This document shows positions 59,219 through 64,000 of a stretch of DNA of 64,000 bases, piece after piece. Each line of letters starts with the position of its first letter. Position 1 is the stretch's first letter. This DNA comes from Promethearchaeota archaeon (GTDB taxonomy: Archaea > Asgardarchaeota > Lokiarchaeia > Sigyniarchaeales > SOKP01). The notes under the pieces are model-generated. The model did no database searches and was not told the DNA's origin. It saw only the letters and a list, made by a program, of their open reading frames with translations. The DNA is taken from the NCBI GenBank assembly GCA_048937405.1, contig JBHLNF010000004.1, positions 229,125 through 293,124 on the forward strand, read 5' to 3'. The position numbers were made by a program, and so were the translations under genes.

Positions 59219-60208
59219 TTGCAAGATATTAGTATCATTGAATCTAATAAAAAAATCAAAGATAGAATTTCAAGCAAATTAAATGGTATTAATGAACAAT
59301 CTCGTAATTACATAAAAGACATTATTACTCTCGTTAATAAAGAGATTGGAGTCAACAAAATCTTATCAATATTACTTTTTGGTAGCCAAAGAGTTAAGAG
59401 CAAAGAAAAAGTATGTAAGGTATCTGATTGTGATTTACTTATAATCTTTAAAAATAGAGTCTCGAATCATCATATTAAGGAAATTGAGAAGTATTTTATT
59501 TCTTTGGAAATTAAACATGATTTTAGAGATTATAGTGACCACCTTTCAAGAAGAATATTAGGAGTAATTAATCAAACTACTGGCATATTCGTAAGTCATT
59601 TTCTCACAAAGAGAAGATATTGGGAAGAAATCATCTTTCATAAAATATTTAGAGTAAATAAAGTATTTTCTTCTGTTTTTGCTCCTCGAAAAATTGTATT
59701 AGGTAATATTATAACCAATAGTTCAGTTTTGTATGGAGATGATTTAAGAGAAATAATAAAACCAAAAATACAAATTACAATGCAAGAAATATTTAGAAGT
59801 ACAGTTATGAATCTTATGATTTCTCTTTTCTCAATTGCCATATCATTCCTTAAAAAATTAAATCCAACCAAATATCAATTAGAAGCAATAAAATGGTCTT
59901 TAAAAGCATCAAATTTTTATTGTTTTCGAGATTCAGAAAATTTACATAATATAACTAAGCGATTTATATCATTTGAAAAATCTAGATTACAATCAAAAGC
60001 CTCTAGATTTTTTTCTGAGTTTCTTCGTTTAAGAAATACACCACATAATAATATAGCATTTATGATTCGATGTCCAATACGAATTATAAAAATTCATACA
60101 AAAGCTATATCTTTCAAAAAATTAATTAAAAGAAAACTAAAATTGAGAATTCCAAGTAAACCTAGGGAACCAATTATCTCTGATCGCACTTTTCCACTGA
60201 AATTGTAA
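59219..60208 (+). CDS. Nucleotidyltransferase-domain protein (Pol-beta superfamily)
   Basis: LLFGS...SDCDLL motif. Confidence 0.7.
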   Translation: MQDISIIESNKKIKDRISSKLNGINEQSRNYIKDIITLVNKEIGVNKILSILLFGSQRVKSKEKVCKVSDCDLLIIFKNRVSNHHIKEIEKYFISLEIKHDFRDYSDHLSRRILGVINQTTGIFVSHFLTKRRYWEEIIFHKIFRVNKVFSSVFAPRKIVLGNIITNSSVLYGDDLREIIKPKIQITMQEIFRSTVMNLMISLFSIAISFLKKLNPTKYQLEAIKWSLKASNFYCFRDSENLHNITKRFISFEKSRLQSKASRFFSEFLRLRNTPHNNIAFMIRCPIRIIKIHTKAISFKKLIKRKLKLRIPSKPREPIISDRTFPLKL

Positions 60209-60875
60209 TGATTAAATTTTAAATTTAAGTTCTTATTTTATATATTTTGTTTAATTATATAGGAGTATTTTTCCCATTCTCTACATGAATTTCCCACTCA
60301 ATGTTCTATCAAAATAATTTCATAAAACAACGGTAGTGCTATATAAATGTAAATCCTTTAAATGAAGAATTAAAAAGGTTAAACTATTTGTCTGATATGG
60401 GGGTTATGTAGTCAGTAATTAGGAGGAAATTAACTGCTAAATAAGACTTGTCCTAAGACATATAACAAATAAAAAGAGACTCTCTTTTAAATGAGAGTTA
60501 AACAGTAAAACATTTGGTAATCAAATATATTTTAAAAAGTGAAAACTTTATGAGATAATTTTTATCCATAGATTTTATATATTATTCATAGAAAAAGAAA
60601 AATGAATTCTGAATCTTATGAAAATTTCTAAATAGTGTTTCAAATTCTTTTAATTCCATTTCCACTATTTTTTTCCAATATATAATGCCTTTCTTTCATT
60701 GAATTCTCTATTTATTATGAAAACGTGAATATTTTTTATCAAAATCATCTTTATCAATCTTAAAATCAAAATAAATTAGTATTTTAAAATATAGCTCGTA
60801 ATAATAATGATGAAATTCATTAAGAATTCATAAAAAATGAATTATTGAAGTAATAAATGAATTTTTATGACTATT

Positions 60876-62702
60876 TTATTTAAAATGTTTGTTTACTAAT
60901 AATTCGAGATCGATCCAATTATCACATGTAAAGCAAGTTTGCTCGATATTCTTTAAAAGAGGTTGGTATTTATTATCAAAGTCACTAATTAATTTATTTA
61001 ATTTATTTGAATAAATTGGTAAATCTTCTTTTACTATAAGTACAAATATAACCTCATTTGTTCTATTAGTCTCAAACATAAGTTTACGATCTCCGTGATC
61101 AATAGTTTTTATTTCTTTTTCCCCCTGAATAATTGTTTTTAAAATGGAAATTAAGCCAATTATACCTCCTGATATCAAAGACGCGTCTAAATGATCTTTA
61201 CTTTTAAGAAATGAATAATCATAAAGAGGAATTCCACTTCTACAAATAATATAAATATGTATTAGTGAAGTTCTCCAATTTTTTAAAGGTAAATTTATGA
61301 CAAATTCTACTTGTTTATTCTTTCGTTCAGAATTGATGATTAATTGACCTTTATTTAAATCAATTATTCTTTTAGATAATTTCAAATTTATTATAGATTT
61401 TAAATTCTTTATCTTAAAATTCTTTATTTTTATAGAGATTTCTCCCTTGGACTTGTATTTGTTTAGATAAATATTTATTGCATTTTTCAAGGGATTTTTG
61501 GACAAAATGCTGGATATTATATGGTTGATTACATATTTAACTCTTACTTTATCTATCTCAGAATATAGATCTTCTGAAAGTTTTGAATGAAGAATAATAT
61601 TTTTATTTTCTAATCTATCGTTTACTTCATCTATTATTTCATTAATTATTTGATTTAAATTTTCAAGTTTTAGATTCAATTCAAATTCACTAGACTCAAT
61701 TTTAGAGATGTTGAGAATTTTTCCAACCATATCGATAGATTTTTCTCCACCAGTTTTTATGATTTCTAATAATTTTATGATTTCTTGATCTAATTGGTCT
61801 TTATAAGAATTAAGGAGGATTTCTGTTATCTGATATATATTATTTAATGGTGATTTTAAATTTTCTGATATTTGACTCATTAATTGTTTTTTAATTTGGT
61901 CCAATTCTCTTAAACTCTTATTTTCTTCTTTTATCACATTTTCTACTAATTTTCTCTCTGTAATATCATGTAATATTACTTGGATATATCTTTTATTATC
62001 TAATTTTACCGGGGAAAAAATTAGTTCTACCCACGATTCCTGTCCACTATAATTTAAAAATTCAAAATCAACTACTTCGCTTAAATTAAAATCAATTACA
62101 TTATTAATTATTCCTTCTATTGAATCAGAAATATTTTTAGTTGTTAAAAACAAATCAATAAAAATTTTATTAATAAGATCCTTTTTAGGTCTGTTAAAAT
62201 ATAATTCAGCCACACTATTACAAACATAAATTTTTTTCTGAAGATCTAATAAAAAAATAATAAAAGGAAAATTTTCGTACATATCTTTAAATTTCTTTTC
62301 TGTAGTTTTTTCATTGGTCTTATCCACTGTAATATCTTTTCCAATCTCAATAATTTTGGTGATATCACCTTCATCATTTCTAATTGGATATGCTGATAAC
62401 TGTACATATCTTTTTTCGTTACCCTTTCGGTGATAATGGATACATTGATTAAATTTTTCACCATTTAAAACTTGTTTAACTGGACATATGTAATCCGGTG
62501 AGTTACAAACCGAGCTTTCACTATGTTTTACATTATAACAATATTTCCCTAAAATTTCGTCTTTAGATACATTATACCTAACACAAAAAGAATTATTTAC
62601 ATCTATTATTCTATAATTCGTATCTAAAATCATAATTTCATCGAAAATATTATCATAGATCGAGCTTAGATACTTTAAATCAAGATTAATAAGAGACTTC
62701 AA
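60876..62702 (-). CDS. PAS-PAS, degenerate histidine kinase and longin-like domain fusion
   Basis: Two PAS domains, H-box ISENLKSPL lacking His, eroded HATPase, and C-terminal IYIICRSGIPLY...LISGGIIGL domain; SD AAGGTGA. Confidence 0.75.
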   Translation of the reverse strand: MKSLINLDLKYLSSIYDNIFDEIMILDTNYRIIDVNNSFCVRYNVSKDEILGKYCYNVKHSESSVCNSPDYICPVKQVLNGEKFNQCIHYHRKGNEKRYVQLSAYPIRNDEGDITKIIEIGKDITVDKTNEKTTEKKFKDMYENFPFIIFLLDLQKKIYVCNSVAELYFNRPKKDLINKIFIDLFLTTKNISDSIEGIINNVIDFNLSEVVDFEFLNYSGQESWVELIFSPVKLDNKRYIQVILHDITERKLVENVIKEENKSLRELDQIKKQLMSQISENLKSPLNNIYQITEILLNSYKDQLDQEIIKLLEIIKTGGEKSIDMVGKILNISKIESSEFELNLKLENLNQIINEIIDEVNDRLENKNIILHSKLSEDLYSEIDKVRVKYVINHIISSILSKNPLKNAINIYLNKYKSKGEISIKIKNFKIKNLKSIINLKLSKRIIDLNKGQLIINSERKNKQVEFVINLPLKNWRTSLIHIYIICRSGIPLYDYSFLKSKDHLDASLISGGIIGLISILKTIIQGEKEIKTIDHGDRKLMFETNRTNEVIFVLIVKEDLPIYSNKLNKLISDFDNKYQPLLKNIEQTCFTCDNWIDLELLVNKHFK

Positions 62703-62928
62703 TAAACCATCACCTTCTATAAGAAAAAAAAAAATAATAATCTGCTTTTTGGATTATATCGATATTTCTATTAAAGAAAATAAATACAAGTATAAACCAA
62801 AAAGTCTTATTATATCTTATTTTATATGAAAAACCTCTTTTGAGAATTGTTTCAAAAGATTCTTTATTATGAATCCTTAATGTCTTTTTCATCCTTAACA
62901 TTTTAATCGTTTTTTAATATAATTACTT

Positions 62929-63612
62929 TTAGATGATTAATTCTCTTAAATCAAGCATTTTTTTATCACTTACAATATCTTTGTCTTTAACATAAAATTG
63001 GCAATTTTGCTTCTCTAAACCAGTTACATATATTTTCTTTTTTATACACCAATAAAGGCCTATAGGATTAGGATTATATGCAAATTTACAATCTGAAGAT
63101 ATAAAATCTTTTTTCTCCTCTCTCCAATTAAAATATTCAAACATTCGTTTACAATTTAATTCTGAATTATCATCAAAAGGATAACTCATTATACAATGTG
63201 AACCTTTGATTGTCTTTCTTAATTTAATAGGTATAAATCCTAATTTACTAAAGAATTTGAGTTTGATTTGCTCACATTTAGCAACTAATAAAAAAATATA
63301 GAAATGGTCATATTTTTTTTTTATATCATTAATTACATAATTTACCAGATTTGTTCCTAATTTTTGCTGCCTAAATCTCTCTTTTATTTCGATTGTATCC
63401 ATATAAAATAAGATAACTTTATTATAATTAATTAAATAAAGTATGTTTAAACAACCAATAATTCTATTTTGGGTATTTAGTATATAATGAGACTTATTTA
63501 AATATCCATAAAACCAATCTGTATCTATTGTGATATATTTAAAAAAATTTGTTGTTAGATTCTTCCTTTTTATTATTTTATGCTCAATCATTTTTAGAAT
63601 ATACCTTTTCAA
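62929..63612 (-). CDS. GNAT-family acetyltransferase with a Cys-containing C-terminal tail
   Basis: IEIKERFRQQKLGT motif A and FFSKLGF. Confidence 0.7.
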   Translation of the reverse strand: MKRYILKMIEHKIIKRKNLTTNFFKYITIDTDWFYGYLNKSHYILNTQNRIIGCLNILYLINYNKVILFYMDTIEIKERFRQQKLGTNLVNYVINDIKKKYDHFYIFLLVAKCEQIKLKFFSKLGFIPIKLRKTIKGSHCIMSYPFDDNSELNCKRMFEYFNWREEKKDFISSDCKFAYNPNPIGLYWCIKKKIYVTGLEKQNCQFYVKDKDIVSDKKMLDLRELII

Positions 63613-64000
63613 AGTTTTACTATGAAATTTTTAGATGTCATAATTTAGAATGGTAAATAAGCACCTTTAAATCATTTTTATAAATAATAACATTTTTCTT
63701 CGAATTTATTATATCTTTTTTAAAACATACACCTTTGGAGATTATAATTGTTTATAACCTAATGATAATGCCAGGATTTTTATTATGAGAATTTCTTCTA
63801 TATGATGATATCTTTAGATAGAATTTTTTAATATTTTAATATTATTAATTTGTTGACTTAACTCCTTCACGGGTTTTTTTCTTTTGGAAAATTGAAAAAT
63901 TTTTTTTCAGTTTTTCGATAGTTTGATTTAATTCAAACAATATTAATCCTAAATTTAAAAAGGTTGTAAACATAATTGATAATTTTATATCTTTATTTAT

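Noticed and set aside
60210-60870. Long intergenic region as an ncRNA or tRNA locus
   Set aside because: Only short hairpins (e.g. ACTCTC/GAGAGT); no cloverleaf or recognisable RNA motif.
2707-62464. Numerous 60-130 aa ORFs antisense to or nested within larger genes (e.g. 2707, 3997, 18011, 40772, 54541, 57581)
   Set aside because: Shadow ORFs overlapping well-supported genes, with no recognisable motifs.
62710-62901. 63-aa minus-strand ORF between the GNAT and PAS genes
   Set aside because: Low-complexity, homopolymer-derived sequence with no motif.

Overview
AT-rich, gene-dense archaeal chromosomal window that most likely comes from an Asgard (Lokiarchaeia-like) genome. This is inferred from a gelsolin-like domain, Rab- and Arf-like small GTPases, roadblock/longin-like domains, a Loki-CTERM-type sorting signal, and archaeal NreA, PAC2 and DUF2070 genes. 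It contains a tungstate uptake plus Mo/W-pterin cofactor cluster (tupABC-moaC-moaA-moaD-moaE-moeA-moaB-moeA) followed by an AAA+ (MoxR-like)/vWA pair. It also carries preQ0-pathway genes, two TetR loci, ABC exporters, a P1B Zn/Cd ATPase and several unusual signalling fusions. I saw no rRNA, tRNA, CRISPR array or mobile element. Top leads: (1) a candidate programmed -1 frameshift (G_GAT_TTT, 32838-32844) joining the AAA+ ORF to an acidic linker and vWA domain, which would give short and long ChlI/ChlD-like subunits from one locus; (2) several genes whose conserved N-termini lack any in-frame ATG/GTG/TTG and appear to start at ATT/ATA behind a GGTG-type Shine-Dalgarno; (3) an SDR-QueC fusion; (4) ModE-like boxes before tupA and moaC; (5) gelsolin, longin-like, pseudo-histidine-kinase and coiled-coil/winged-helix architectures. 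Family assignments come from motif recognition only; no searches were run.
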